A DNA stretch of 64,000 bases from an uncultured Ktedonobacterales bacterium (GCA_964657325.1 CAZZVE010000006.1:8188-72187); one strand, 5' to 3'; positions 28,928-38,200 are shown, counted from the stretch's first letter. Translations and numbers: made by a program. Notes: a model not told the origin generated them from the letters alone.

Positions 28928-29569
28928 CTATACAGCCTTTTGCTTCGCCAGAAACATACGTCCTTTACCCACATCAGTGTTAATAGGAATATGTTGTTCA
29001 CAAAATGGGCAGTTTTCCTCGGCGTAGGTCTCAAGATCGAGTGTTATTAATGTGGAAATAGGCACATCGCCCACGGCTTTTGGTTGCACATTGCCGCGAT
29101 TACATAATGCGCTTACCCCTACGACATTGCCACCATGTTTACGTATCAGTTCAATGACGCGACGTACTGAGCCACCTGTGGTTAGAATATCTTCAACAAC
29201 CAAAATATTTTTGCCTGGAATGTGTTTGTCATAGCCACGATAGAAGGCGAATGTCTGGTCAGAGCCTTGCTCTTTTTCCGCGTAGACCGCTAATGTTTCA
29301 CCTGCTGTACGCTTTGCATTAAGCGCATGAGTAGCCCATTGTGAAAGAACAATACCACCTAGCACTGGACCTACGACGCAATCTATCGAGTCTGCTTTGT
29401 ATGGCTGTGCCATATGCTGGCATAGTTTCGAGATGATACCGGTATGGAGGTATAAGGCGTCTTTATTGATATAGACAGAGCTATGGCGACCAGAATTGTA
29501 CACAAAATGACTTCCGGTAATTATGGCTCCTGCGTCTACAAACATCTGCATAACTTTTGGGTCGTTCAT
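28928..29569 (-). CDS. pyrE: orotate phosphoribosyltransferase (operon copy, divergent type with C-terminal CxxC)
   Basis: PRPP loop ILVVEDILTTGGS. Its position is between pyrC and pyrF. The start overlaps the pyrC stop (ATGA). Confidence 0.8.
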   Translation of the reverse strand: MNDPKVMQMFVDAGAIITGSHFVYNSGRHSSVYINKDALYLHTGIISKLCQHMAQPYKADSIDCVVGPVLGGIVLSQWATHALNAKRTAGETLAVYAEKEQGSDQTFAFYRGYDKHIPGKNILVVEDILTTGGSVRRVIELIRKHGGNVVGVSALCNRGNVQPKAVGDVPISTLITLDLETYAEENCPFCEQHIPINTDVGKGRMFLAKQKAV

Positions 29570-30915
29570 GAGTGCCTCTCGACTCGTCTTCCTTGTGGTT
29601 GTCCAAGAATGTTGCCATTCTGATACACCAGCGTACTCCGCAGAAATGTTGCTACAGGTCGTCCAACAAATTCCTTACCTTCATAAGCTGACCATGAATT
29701 TTTTGTGAACAGGTCTGCTTTCTGCACTATCCATGTTTTTGTCGTATCGACAACTGCAATATCGGCATCTTTGCCAACAACAAGGCCGCCTTTTTGAGGA
29801 AATTCAAATATGCGTGCAATATTCTGTGAAGTTACTTGTGCAATACGAAGCAAGCCTTCTTCAAGTGTGTCTTGCCCGAAGTGTTGTATCCAACCGCTGA
29901 TCAATATAGGTAATGATTCTTGAAAGCCTGGAATTCCTGATGCAACTTCCCATACGCTTTCTCTGTACTTTTCTTCGAGTGTGTGTGGTGCATGGTCGGT
30001 AACAACTGTGTCGATTGTTCCCTCGCGTAAAAGTTGCCATAAGCTTTTTTGTACATCAGGGTCACGTACCGAAGGTGAGACGTTGATAAGGTTGCCATGC
30101 GTCGTGTAATCATCAGTAGTAAATGCAAGATGAAATGTGAGCACTTCACCGTATACATCCACACCAATACTTCTGCCAAATGCAATAGCAGCAAATTCTT
30201 CGGGCGTTGATTGATGGAGAAGATATAACTTCACGCCAAAGTGTTTTGCCAAAGCAATCATTTCCAGAACAGAGGTCAAGACAACTGTGCCATTTCTTGC
30301 ATCACTCCACGCTTGTGGGTCATCTCGTCCTAAGACGGTGCGATAATGATGTGTGAAGTAGTCAACCAGTTCCTGGTTTTCCGCATGTATGAGGGCCATG
30401 ATATGACGTTCGCCAAGTGTTTCAAAAATTCGGGCGATATCGCTAATGCGGCCTATCGTTGTAGGTGTGGTGGCATGACCGGCGGCAAAGATTTTGACGC
30501 CAGTAATCAAGCTTGTATCAATATACTTCAGTTCCGTGCTATCTTCGAGTGAGGTTCCCATGTTAATTGCGAAATCTGTATACGATTTCTGCTTGTATCG
30601 CTGTATCTGCTCCTCCACACGTGCGATGGTTGTTGTTGGTGGCCTCGTGTTAGGCATATCAAATACGGTAGTGTAGCCACCAGCAAGGGCTGCACGCGAT
30701 CCATGCTCAATATCTTCTTTATACTCCAAGCCCGGTTCACGCAAGTGCCCATGCACCTCTAATAAACCGGGAAGAAGATATTTCCCTCGAAAATCATACG
30801 TCGGGTCTTGTACAAAGCCTTCCTCTATACGCTCGATTTTCCCATTTGCGAGGTAAAGCGTTCCCCGCAGTATTTTGTCGGGCAACACAAGCGACCCGAT
30901 AAGTGTTGTTGACAT
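29566..30915 (-). CDS. pyrC: dihydroorotase
   Basis: Amidohydrolase signature LLEVHGHLREPG, and DHAPH near the C-terminal third. 449 aa. Confidence 0.88.
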   Translation of the reverse strand: MSTTLIGSLVLPDKILRGTLYLANGKIERIEEGFVQDPTYDFRGKYLLPGLLEVHGHLREPGLEYKEDIEHGSRAALAGGYTTVFDMPNTRPPTTTIARVEEQIQRYKQKSYTDFAINMGTSLEDSTELKYIDTSLITGVKIFAAGHATTPTTIGRISDIARIFETLGERHIMALIHAENQELVDYFTHHYRTVLGRDDPQAWSDARNGTVVLTSVLEMIALAKHFGVKLYLLHQSTPEEFAAIAFGRSIGVDVYGEVLTFHLAFTTDDYTTHGNLINVSPSVRDPDVQKSLWQLLREGTIDTVVTDHAPHTLEEKYRESVWEVASGIPGFQESLPILISGWIQHFGQDTLEEGLLRIAQVTSQNIARIFEFPQKGGLVVGKDADIAVVDTTKTWIVQKADLFTKNSWSAYEGKEFVGRPVATFLRSTLVYQNGNILGQPQGRRVERHS

Positions 30916-30930
30916 AACTTCTTATTCCTT

Positions 30931-30966
30931 AAAACCAGGGCACCTGCAAGGGGATGCCCTGGTTTT
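30931..30966 (-). promoter_or_regulatory. terminator-like hairpin between carB and pyrC (internal attenuator/processing candidate)
   Basis: Minus-strand RNA is AAAACCAGGGCA-UCCCCUUGCAGG-UGCCCUGGUUUU, followed by AAGGAA RBS and the pyrC AUG. Confidence 0.5.
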
Positions 30967-30970
30967 GGTA

Positions 30971-33900
30971 TTATATATATTCGTTCCACGATTTTATTGG
31001 AATGGTCGCAAGGTCTTTCTCGACAATGGCTTTCACGAAGAGGCGAGCCTGTTTGACTTTCGTGAACAACTGAATGTTGTGGTCAACGGCATAGCGACGC
31101 ATGGCGTAGTCATCGTCGAGTTCTTTATTGATGTAGCCATCGACAATGTTGATGGCTAGGTCGATTTTGTTATCACGGAAGTAGGTGAGTACGTTGGGCG
31201 CACACTCTTCATGAATTTTGTAAAGCATCGTTGCATCAATGCCGTGGGCTTGTAAAAATTCACATGTCCTTTTTGTAGCATAGAGTGGTATCCCTAATAC
31301 GTGTAGTTGTTTAGCACTCTCTAAGAAGTCGAGCTTTTTCTCTTTGCCACCAAGACTAATAAAAACGCCTTTTGTTGGGATTGAGCCACCTGTAGCAATG
31401 ATAGCTTTGAGATATGCTTCCTCAAGGTCATTCCCGAAGCAGGCAACTTCACCTGTCGAAGCCATCTCTACACCGAGCACGGGGTCGGCTCCCGATAAAC
31501 GAGAGAATGAGAACTGAGGAGCTTTCACTGCAACAAAATTCGGCGGCAGAATAGGAATGACTGGAATATTCTCTTCAAACAAAGCATCCACAAAAAGAGC
31601 CATAAAGTTGACGCCAATCACCTTTGAGATGAATGGGAAGGTACGTGATGCGCGTAGGTTTGCCTCGATGACATACACCTGATTGTCTCGTGCCAGGAAT
31701 TGCACGTTGAATGGTCCCGTAATCGCCAGTGCCTTTGCGATGGCATGCCCTACGTGCTCAACTTTCGCACGCGTTTCGGCATTGATATTTTGTGGGGGTA
31801 GCACAATGGTAGCATCACCAGAATGTACACCTGCATTTTCGATATGTTCCGAAACGACGAAGGCTTTGATTTCACCATGTTGTGCTACCGCGTCAAGTTC
31901 GATCTCTTTGAATTTCTCAAAAAATTTGGAGACGGTGACGGGATGCTCTGGCGATACAGCAGCAGCTTCCTTGGTGTAACGTACCAGTTCGTCCTTTGTA
32001 TAGCATATGTTCATCGCACTACCAGAGAGCACATATGACGGACGTACAAGGACTGGATAGCCAACGCGCTCGGCAAAATCGGTGAGTTCCTCGATGTTAG
32101 CAAAGCTATTCCACTCTGGTTGCCGAATGTTAAGCGTATCGAGCAGATTGGAAAACTTGTTACGGTCCTCAGCGCGATCAATATTGCTCGCATCGGTACC
32201 CAGAAGCGGAATGCCGTAGTTTTGTAGGGCTTTGGCACGGTTGTTTGGTGTTTGCCCACCGACAGAGACGATGACGCCATAGGGCGACTCAAACTCGCAG
32301 ATGTCGGTGATACGCTCAAAGGTGAGTTCTTCAAAGTATAAGCGGTCTGAGGTATCGTAGTCTGTCGAGACCGTTTCAGGATTACAGTTAATAACGATAG
32401 AGCGTTTGTTGTGTCGTCTTAGTGCCTCAACGGTACTCACGCTTGTCCAGTCAAACTCCACTGATGAGCCAATACGATAGGGGCCAGAACCGAGAATAAC
32501 TACGCCTTCGTTCCGTATCGGCTCTACATCATTGTGATGTCCATTGTAGGTCATGTAGAGGTAGTTTGTGTCCGAAGGAAATTCGGCGGCTAATGTATCA
32601 ATTTGGAAGACGCTTGGTACAACGTCAAGGTCTTTTCGTAATTTGCGTATCTCTAAACCTGTTTTGCCTGTTAGCACCCCGATTCGTTTGTCAGACAGAC
32701 CCATTTGTTTGAGTTCCCATAAGCGACTCGCGGAAAGGTCCTGGCTGGCTTGTAAGTCGTATTCGGCATCGACGATACGTTTAATTTTGTACAGGAACCA
32801 AGGGTCTATACCGGTGATATCATATATTTTTTCAATAGAGATACCAGAACGTAGTGCCATCGCCAGCGCAAACATCCGTTTAGGCGTAGGTGTATAGAGA
32901 TATTTCGAGATAGCGTCGTCTATAGATTCGGTACTACCAAAGACTTTTTCTGAGGTTGCCCCCTCGATGTCCAGGTCAAGCATGCGAATAGCTTTTTGAT
33001 AGGCTTCTTCAAAAGTGCGCCCAATGCCCATCACCTCGCCAACGGACTTCATGCCTGTACCAATTGTTTCATCGACACCTTTGAATTTGTCCAGGTCCCA
33101 ACGTGGTATCTTTACAACGAGATAGTCTAAGCTTGGCTCGAAACAAGCTTGCGTAACGCCCGTTACCTCGTTTTTGAGTTCTGTCAAGCCATAGCCTAAC
33201 GCCAGTTTCGCAGCGACATAGGCAAGCGGGTAGCCTGTTGCTTTACTCGCTAGAGCAGAACTACGCGAGAGACGCGCATTGACTTCAATCACATTATAGG
33301 CAGAAGTTTTAGGGTCGAGCGCGAACTGCACATTACACTCGCCCACAATACCGAGGCTACGAACGATTTTGATTGATGCGCTCCGTAACTCATGATATTC
33401 AGCATTGGTAAGCGTTTGACTTGGAGCTAAGACAATAGACTCGCCCGTATGAATACCGAGTGGGTCCATATTTTCCATGTTACATACAGTGATGCAGTTA
33501 TCATAACAGTCACGAACCACCTCGTACTCAACCTCTTTATGATGATGCAGATATTGCTCGATAAGCACCTGTGGCGCAAAGGCTAGCGCGCCCGTGACGA
33601 TGTGCTCTAACTCTTCAAGATGTCGCGCGATACCTGATCCCTGTCCACCAAGCGCGAAACCTGCACGCACCATGACAGGAAAGCCTATTTCTTTCGCAAT
33701 AGCAAGGGCGTCCTCCAGTGTTTCCGCACTTTTGCTTTGAGGTGTCGGGATATTGATGCTGGCGAGATGTTGTGCAAACTCCTGACGGTCTTCTGTCAGA
33801 AGAATAGCTGAAACAGGTGTGCCCAGGACCTGAACGTTGTATCTTTCCAACACGCCTTTTTTGAACAACTCGACACCACAATTCAGAGCGGTCTGCCCTC

Positions 33901-34162
33901 CGAAAGAAAGTAGAATACCATCGGGTCGCTCTTTGTCGATAATTTTCTCAACGAAAAAAGGGGTGACAGGCAAGAAGTATACTTCTTCAGCCAACGCCTT
34001 TGATGTTTGGATAGTGGCGATGTTTGGATTGACAAGTACGGTGCCAATACCTTCCTCACGTAACGCTTTGAGTGCCTGTGAGCCGGAGTAGTCGAACTCT
34101 CCGGCTTGCCCGATTTTGAGTGCGCCCGCGCCCAACACCAGCACCTTCTGTAATGTCTTCAC
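30971..34162 (-). CDS. carB: carbamoyl-phosphate synthase large subunit
   Basis: 1063 aa with duplicated ATP-grasp halves and a C-terminal MGS-like domain. GTG start. Unmistakable CarB sequence. Confidence 0.97.
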   Translation of the reverse strand: MKTLQKVLVLGAGALKIGQAGEFDYSGSQALKALREEGIGTVLVNPNIATIQTSKALAEEVYFLPVTPFFVEKIIDKERPDGILLSFGGQTALNCGVELFKKGVLERYNVQVLGTPVSAILLTEDRQEFAQHLASINIPTPQSKSAETLEDALAIAKEIGFPVMVRAGFALGGQGSGIARHLEELEHIVTGALAFAPQVLIEQYLHHHKEVEYEVVRDCYDNCITVCNMENMDPLGIHTGESIVLAPSQTLTNAEYHELRSASIKIVRSLGIVGECNVQFALDPKTSAYNVIEVNARLSRSSALASKATGYPLAYVAAKLALGYGLTELKNEVTGVTQACFEPSLDYLVVKIPRWDLDKFKGVDETIGTGMKSVGEVMGIGRTFEEAYQKAIRMLDLDIEGATSEKVFGSTESIDDAISKYLYTPTPKRMFALAMALRSGISIEKIYDITGIDPWFLYKIKRIVDAEYDLQASQDLSASRLWELKQMGLSDKRIGVLTGKTGLEIRKLRKDLDVVPSVFQIDTLAAEFPSDTNYLYMTYNGHHNDVEPIRNEGVVILGSGPYRIGSSVEFDWTSVSTVEALRRHNKRSIVINCNPETVSTDYDTSDRLYFEELTFERITDICEFESPYGVIVSVGGQTPNNRAKALQNYGIPLLGTDASNIDRAEDRNKFSNLLDTLNIRQPEWNSFANIEELTDFAERVGYPVLVRPSYVLSGSAMNICYTKDELVRYTKEAAAVSPEHPVTVSKFFEKFKEIELDAVAQHGEIKAFVVSEHIENAGVHSGDATIVLPPQNINAETRAKVEHVGHAIAKALAITGPFNVQFLARDNQVYVIEANLRASRTFPFISKVIGVNFMALFVDALFEENIPVIPILPPNFVAVKAPQFSFSRLSGADPVLGVEMASTGEVACFGNDLEEAYLKAIIATGGSIPTKGVFISLGGKEKKLDFLESAKQLHVLGIPLYATKRTCEFLQAHGIDATMLYKIHEECAPNVLTYFRDNKIDLAINIVDGYINKELDDDYAMRRYAVDHNIQLFTKVKQARLFVKAIVEKDLATIPIKSWNEYI

Positions 34163-34165
34163 GTT

Positions 34166-35305
34166 TTATTTCCCTTTTATTTTGTTCAGGAAGTAGTCAA
34201 AAATCCACTCGGTATCCTCTGGTCCTGGTGTCGCTTCTGGATGAAATTGCACCGAAAAGAAGGGTAGCGTGTTGTGTTGCATACCTTCGTTGCTGCCATC
34301 GTTCGCATTCGTAAACCAGGGAGTAAACTCAGGTGGTAGTGTCCCTACAGCGAAGCCATGATTTTGTGTGGTAATGTAACAGCGTTTTGATCCCTCTAAT
34401 AAACATGGCTGGTTTTGACTGCGGTGTCCGAATTTGAGCTTATAGGTATCGCCACCCGCTGCGAGTGCCAGGAGTTGATGACCCAGGCAAATGCCAAGTG
34501 TAGGTATTTTCTGCTCTAACGCTGTACGGATGGTCTGAATAGTCTTTTGTGGCGTTTTGGGATTGCCAGGACCGTTGGAAATTAAGAGACCATCGAAGGC
34601 AAAGCCACCCGCGGGCGAGAAGAGATCGTAGTCCCATGGAACGGTAATGACACGGATATCGCGTGCAAGAAGCGATTGTACAATATTATGTTTCGCACCA
34701 CAATCGAGCAGGGCAAGCGTGATAGCACCGCTACCATCCACGGAAACTCGTGGATTTGAGACCTGAGCTACAAGATTGTCGGTGTTCGTGTCATGAAAGG
34801 GAATATCGGAGTCAAAGACAATTTTGCCGAGCATCGCACCGTAGTCGCGGATATGCTTTGTCAGGAAACGTGTGTCTTTGATTTCCAACGCGGGTACTTT
34901 TTGCTCCTGCAGCCATGTACCGAGGTTCATGATACTTTGACGATGTGAAGGCTCATCAGTATAGTTTGAGACGATTAGGCCAGAAACTTGCACTTTGTCA
35001 CTTTCCCAACAAGAGCGTTCAGGCACACCGTAGTTACCGATGAGCGGATAGGTCATATTGAGGATTTGGCCTGCAAACGAGGCATCGGTGAGTGACTCAG
35101 GGTAGCCGACCATGCCAGTGCTAAAGACGACCTCGCCAGTGGTGGGACCTTCATAACCGAATGATATTCCCTCCAGAATTGTGCCATCCTCGAGAATGAG
35201 CTTTCCATATCTAGGTGTTTTTCTTTGGGCGACTGTAGACATAGGACCAACTTCCGTTAACAAATTATTTTGTAGTGTCATATATGACATGTTCATCCCT
35301 TTCAT
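34166..35305 (-). CDS. carA: carbamoyl-phosphate synthase small subunit (glutaminase)
   Basis: GATase triad context GICLGHQ, FHPE. The ATG overlaps the pyrB TAA (TAATG). Confidence 0.95.
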   Translation of the reverse strand: MKGMNMSYMTLQNNLLTEVGPMSTVAQRKTPRYGKLILEDGTILEGISFGYEGPTTGEVVFSTGMVGYPESLTDASFAGQILNMTYPLIGNYGVPERSCWESDKVQVSGLIVSNYTDEPSHRQSIMNLGTWLQEQKVPALEIKDTRFLTKHIRDYGAMLGKIVFDSDIPFHDTNTDNLVAQVSNPRVSVDGSGAITLALLDCGAKHNIVQSLLARDIRVITVPWDYDLFSPAGGFAFDGLLISNGPGNPKTPQKTIQTIRTALEQKIPTLGICLGHQLLALAAGGDTYKLKFGHRSQNQPCLLEGSKRCYITTQNHGFAVGTLPPEFTPWFTNANDGSNEGMQHNTLPFFSVQFHPEATPGPEDTEWIFDYFLNKIKGK

Positions 35306-36300
35306 TACGCTCTTCCAAGCACTAATGCAAGCAAGGCCATGCGTGTATACAACCCGTTACGAATTTGTGAACGTAGATACACGGCGCGAGGATCGCGATC
35401 AACAGAAGGATCAATTGTTCCCACACGCGGTAACGGGTCCATCAGAATCATATTCTTGTTGGCGTACCGTTCCATAAGCTGTGGTGTCACATTGAACGTC
35501 TCTTGCGCGACGCCGTTGTAGTCTTCAAGAGAGGCAAAGCGTTCTTTTTGTATTCGTGTCCAATACCAAAAATCGCAATCATAAGGTATATCTTGTTCAC
35601 GAGTGATCTCAATAATATTGATACCACATATTCGCAAATACTGGTAGTCGTCGCGTGCTAATCGTAGGCGTTGTGGCGAGAGCAGATACACAGTATTACC
35701 CTTAAACAGGGAAAGACCTCTGATAAGCGAGTGAATGGTACGGCTATTAAGCAAGTCCCCAACAAGCAATCCAGTGAGGTTATCAAGTCTGCCAAATCTT
35801 TCATAGAGCGTGTAGAGGTCGAGCAGCGTTTGCGTTGGATGCTCATTATTGCCATCCCCCGCATTGATGATCGGTACATATTCAGCTGCCTCTGCTGCCT
35901 GTTTCGCGGCACCAGAGATTTTATGACGCATCACAATCGCATCTGAGTATGCCTCAAAGACACGAATGGTGTCTTCAAACGATTCACCTTTATACACGGA
36001 GGTGACAGTTTCAGGGTTTTGAATATCAAGCGTCTGACCACCAAGTCGCTTGATTGCTGTCGCGAACGAGCCAAATGTTCTGCTGGAAGGCTCATAGAAT
36101 AGTAACGAGGTTATTGTGCCCGCGAGTAAAGTAGAGGGCTCACAGTTGAGAGCAAGACGTTTCATAGTATGTGTGAGAGTAAAAAGCTGATAGAAGTCTT
36201 CCCGTAAAAATTGATCGAGAGAAACAATATCTTTTCCTTTAAAGGTTCCAGCGATAGGTGTCAGCGTGTTGCGTGCCATAGAAAGTGTAGTATTGCTCAT
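35305..36300 (-). CDS. pyrB: aspartate carbamoyltransferase catalytic subunit
   Basis: FYEPSSRT, HPTQ and the HPLPR-type motif (DPLPRV). GGGAGGG RBS before ATG 36300. The ORF-track start at 36402 lies inside the leader. Confidence 0.93.
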   Translation of the reverse strand: MSNTTLSMARNTLTPIAGTFKGKDIVSLDQFLREDFYQLFTLTHTMKRLALNCEPSTLLAGTITSLLFYEPSSRTFGSFATAIKRLGGQTLDIQNPETVTSVYKGESFEDTIRVFEAYSDAIVMRHKISGAAKQAAEAAEYVPIINAGDGNNEHPTQTLLDLYTLYERFGRLDNLTGLLVGDLLNSRTIHSLIRGLSLFKGNTVYLLSPQRLRLARDDYQYLRICGINIIEITREQDIPYDCDFWYWTRIQKERFASLEDYNGVAQETFNVTPQLMERYANKNMILMDPLPRVGTIDPSVDRDPRAVYLRSQIRNGLYTRMALLALVLGRA

Positions 36301-36328
36301 ATTCCCTCCCAGGATAGTAAAAAAGGTC

Positions 36329-36365
36329 AAAAAAAATTCCTCACCCCTGGAAACGGGATGAGGAA
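36329..36365 (-). terminator. intrinsic terminator (attenuator) in the pyrB leader
   Basis: The RNA UUCCUCAUCCC-GUUUCCA-GGGGUGAGGAA forms an 11-bp stem including one G-U pair, followed by U8. It ends about 18 nt before the pyrB RBS. Confidence 0.7.
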
Positions 36366-36478
36366 GAAAAATCACATTCTTGAAAAAAGCCATCTGGCCC
36401 ATCTATAAGATGGGTTATGAGGCAATACATTCTCTGTATTGTTGCTTGTATTGTCACAAGCCAGATGGTTGAAGTCAT
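36341..36478 (-). promoter_or_regulatory. candidate 45-codon pyr leader peptide ORF
   Basis: From AUG 36478 to UGA 36343-36341. It encodes MTSTIWLVTIQATIQRMYCLITHLIDGPDGFFQECDFSSSSRFQG. The stop lies in the 3' arm of the terminator hairpin. The SD is weak (AAGG). Confidence 0.4.
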
Positions 36479-36536
36479 GATGATACGTGCCTTTTCAAAG
36501 CATAGAGTGTTTAGGATACTGTTTCAAATTGCTAAA

Positions 36537-36566
36537 ATTATACCCGCTTCATCTCTATCATGTCAA
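36537..36566 (-). promoter_or_regulatory. consensus sigma70-type promoter for the pyr operon
   Basis: Minus-strand TTGACA (36566-36561), an 18-nt spacer, then TATAAT (36542-36537). Both hexamers are perfect. Confidence 0.6.
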
Positions 36567-36604
36567 GAGCCTGATGACCTTTGACAATGGAACACGGCAA
36601 TGAC

Positions 36605-36790
36605 GGTAGGGGCAGCAATTCCCGTTTTTTTGTGGTCAATATTCATTAGGGACCAATGATGCTGTTTCACAAATGAATACCGATATGTCATGTGTAGGAC
36701 GCAATTGATTGCGCCCCTACAGCATCCGTGTATTTTGTGAAACAGCATCATCGGTTCCGTATTCATTTGTGAAACAGCATTATCGCGTCA
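36605..36790. repeat. composite cluster of palindromic-unit repeats
   Basis: Contains GGTAGGGGCAGCAATT (a half unit of the 10938 element) and the 27-bp palindrome GTAGGACGCAATTGATTGCGCCCCTAC (36694-36720). It also has the inverted pair GGGACCAATGATGCTGTTTCACAAA / TTTGTGAAACAGCATCATCGGTTCC and a direct repeat of TTTGTGAAACAGCAT. Confidence 0.85.
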
Positions 36791-36925
36791 TCTTGGCCTC
36801 TTGATTGCCATGACTATGCAATACCTCGGTCCCTGCAACTCTGTAACTCTTGCTTTTTATCTGTAGAAACGGTACATAATAACAAGAGTTACCACGGTTT
36901 TTTCCGACTACATAAGGACACTATA

Positions 36926-37591
36926 ATGATTAGTAATTTCACGCCACAGGACTTTATACGGCAAGACGAAACCGACGACAGCAATTTCTATGTTGCACCG
37001 CGTATGGTTGTACATATTGATGATGTTGCGATTGCGGCAGTAACAGATGCTATCCGTCGTCATGTTCCTACAAATGCTCACATTCTTGATATTATGAGTA
37101 GTTATCGCTCACATCTACCAGCAGAGGCTTCCTACTCAGAGGTGGTAGGATTGGGAATGAACGAGGCAGAATTGAAGGCAAATTCGCAATTGACACGTTT
37201 TGTTGTTCAGAACCTCAATAAAAATCCACAATTGCCCTTTGAAGACGGTCACTTTGACGCGGTTATCAATACTGTCTCGGTTCAATATCTCAAACGTCCC
37301 GTTGAGGTATTTCGTGAGGTTGCGCGAGTACTCAAGCCAGGAGGCGTTTCACTGGTAAGTTTTTCCGATAGGATGTTTCCTACAAAAGCTGTGCGTATCT
37401 GGTATGAGGGGAACAACGAAAGTCATATAGCACTTGTGCAGAAATATTATGAACTAGCTGGCGGCTTTTCTAAAATCGAGGTCGAACAGCACGTGGACGC
37501 ACAAGCATCATGGTTCCGTAGAGGTCACGATCCACTCTTCATCGTACTTGGCATACGAACGGGCACAGAAGAAGATACTGCACAAAGATAG
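36926..37591 (+). CDS. class I SAM-dependent methyltransferase
   Basis: Methyltransferase-11-type core ILDIMSS...FDAVINTVSVQYL..P...F.E..RVLKPGG. Confidence 0.75.
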   Translation: MISNFTPQDFIRQDETDDSNFYVAPRMVVHIDDVAIAAVTDAIRRHVPTNAHILDIMSSYRSHLPAEASYSEVVGLGMNEAELKANSQLTRFVVQNLNKNPQLPFEDGHFDAVINTVSVQYLKRPVEVFREVARVLKPGGVSLVSFSDRMFPTKAVRIWYEGNNESHIALVQKYYELAGGFSKIEVEQHVDAQASWFRRGHDPLFIVLGIRTGTEEDTAQR

Positions 37592-37594
37592 CTG

Positions 37595-38200
37595 TTACGC
37601 TGGATACTTGCTGCGGAAACGGGAAAAAGCTGCCACAACCTGACTGCGCGTTTCTTCCTGAGAACCACCGTTGTCGATCACTTCGTCTACGAGGGGAAGC
37701 CTGTCGGCAACGGATGCTTGAGCGTGAATACGTGCCCATGCTTCTTGTTCACTAAAACCATTGCGTGCGATGAGTCGCGCAAACTCTTGTTCTTCTGGAC
37801 AGATGATCATCCATTTGCTTTGACAGAGCGCGCCTGAGTTTCCTTCTAATAACTTTACGGCATCAATAATCACGATGCCCGTTGCGCTGACATGAGAGAG
37901 TTCTTGCATCATTGCTGCCCCTACCGCGGGATGCACAATGCGTTCCAAATGGCGCATCGCGTCAGCATCTTGAAACACGAGTGCTCCCAATGCCTTACGA
38001 TCAACGCTGCCATCCGCCGCAATGACAGAAGGGCCGAATGCTTCTGCGACCTTTACCGCGATAGGTTGACCATGTTCATATAAAGCGTGCACGGTTGCAT
38101 CTGCGTCAATGTAACGTTCGGCTCCGAGTTCTAACAACATGTGCCCCACAGAGGTCTTTCCACATGCAATGTTCCCAGTTATTCCTAAAACACGCGGCAT
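37595..38200 (-). CDS. coaE: dephospho-CoA kinase
   Basis: Begins LGITGNIACGKTSV (P-loop). 201 aa with the CoaE layout. Confidence 0.88.
   Translation of the reverse strand: MPRVLGITGNIACGKTSVGHMLLELGAERYIDADATVHALYEHGQPIAVKVAEAFGPSVIAADGSVDRKALGALVFQDADAMRHLERIVHPAVGAAMMQELSHVSATGIVIIDAVKLLEGNSGALCQSKWMIICPEEQEFARLIARNGFSEQEAWARIHAQASVADRLPLVDEVIDNGGSQEETRSQVVAAFSRFRSKYPA

Noticed and set aside
36329-36365. PyrR-binding box in the pyr leader
   Set aside because: The hairpin loop region GUUUCCAGGGGUGAGG only loosely resembles the UCCAGAGAGG PyrR motif. It also sits in the terminator itself rather than in an anti-antiterminator, and no pyrR gene is nearby. It is kept as a possibility only under the attenuator finding.
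36605-36790. CRISPR array interpretation of the clustered palindromic repeats (also at 60989-61186)
   Set aside because: The repeats are not regularly spaced, are mostly inverted rather than direct, have no unique spacers of constant length, and have no cas genes nearby.
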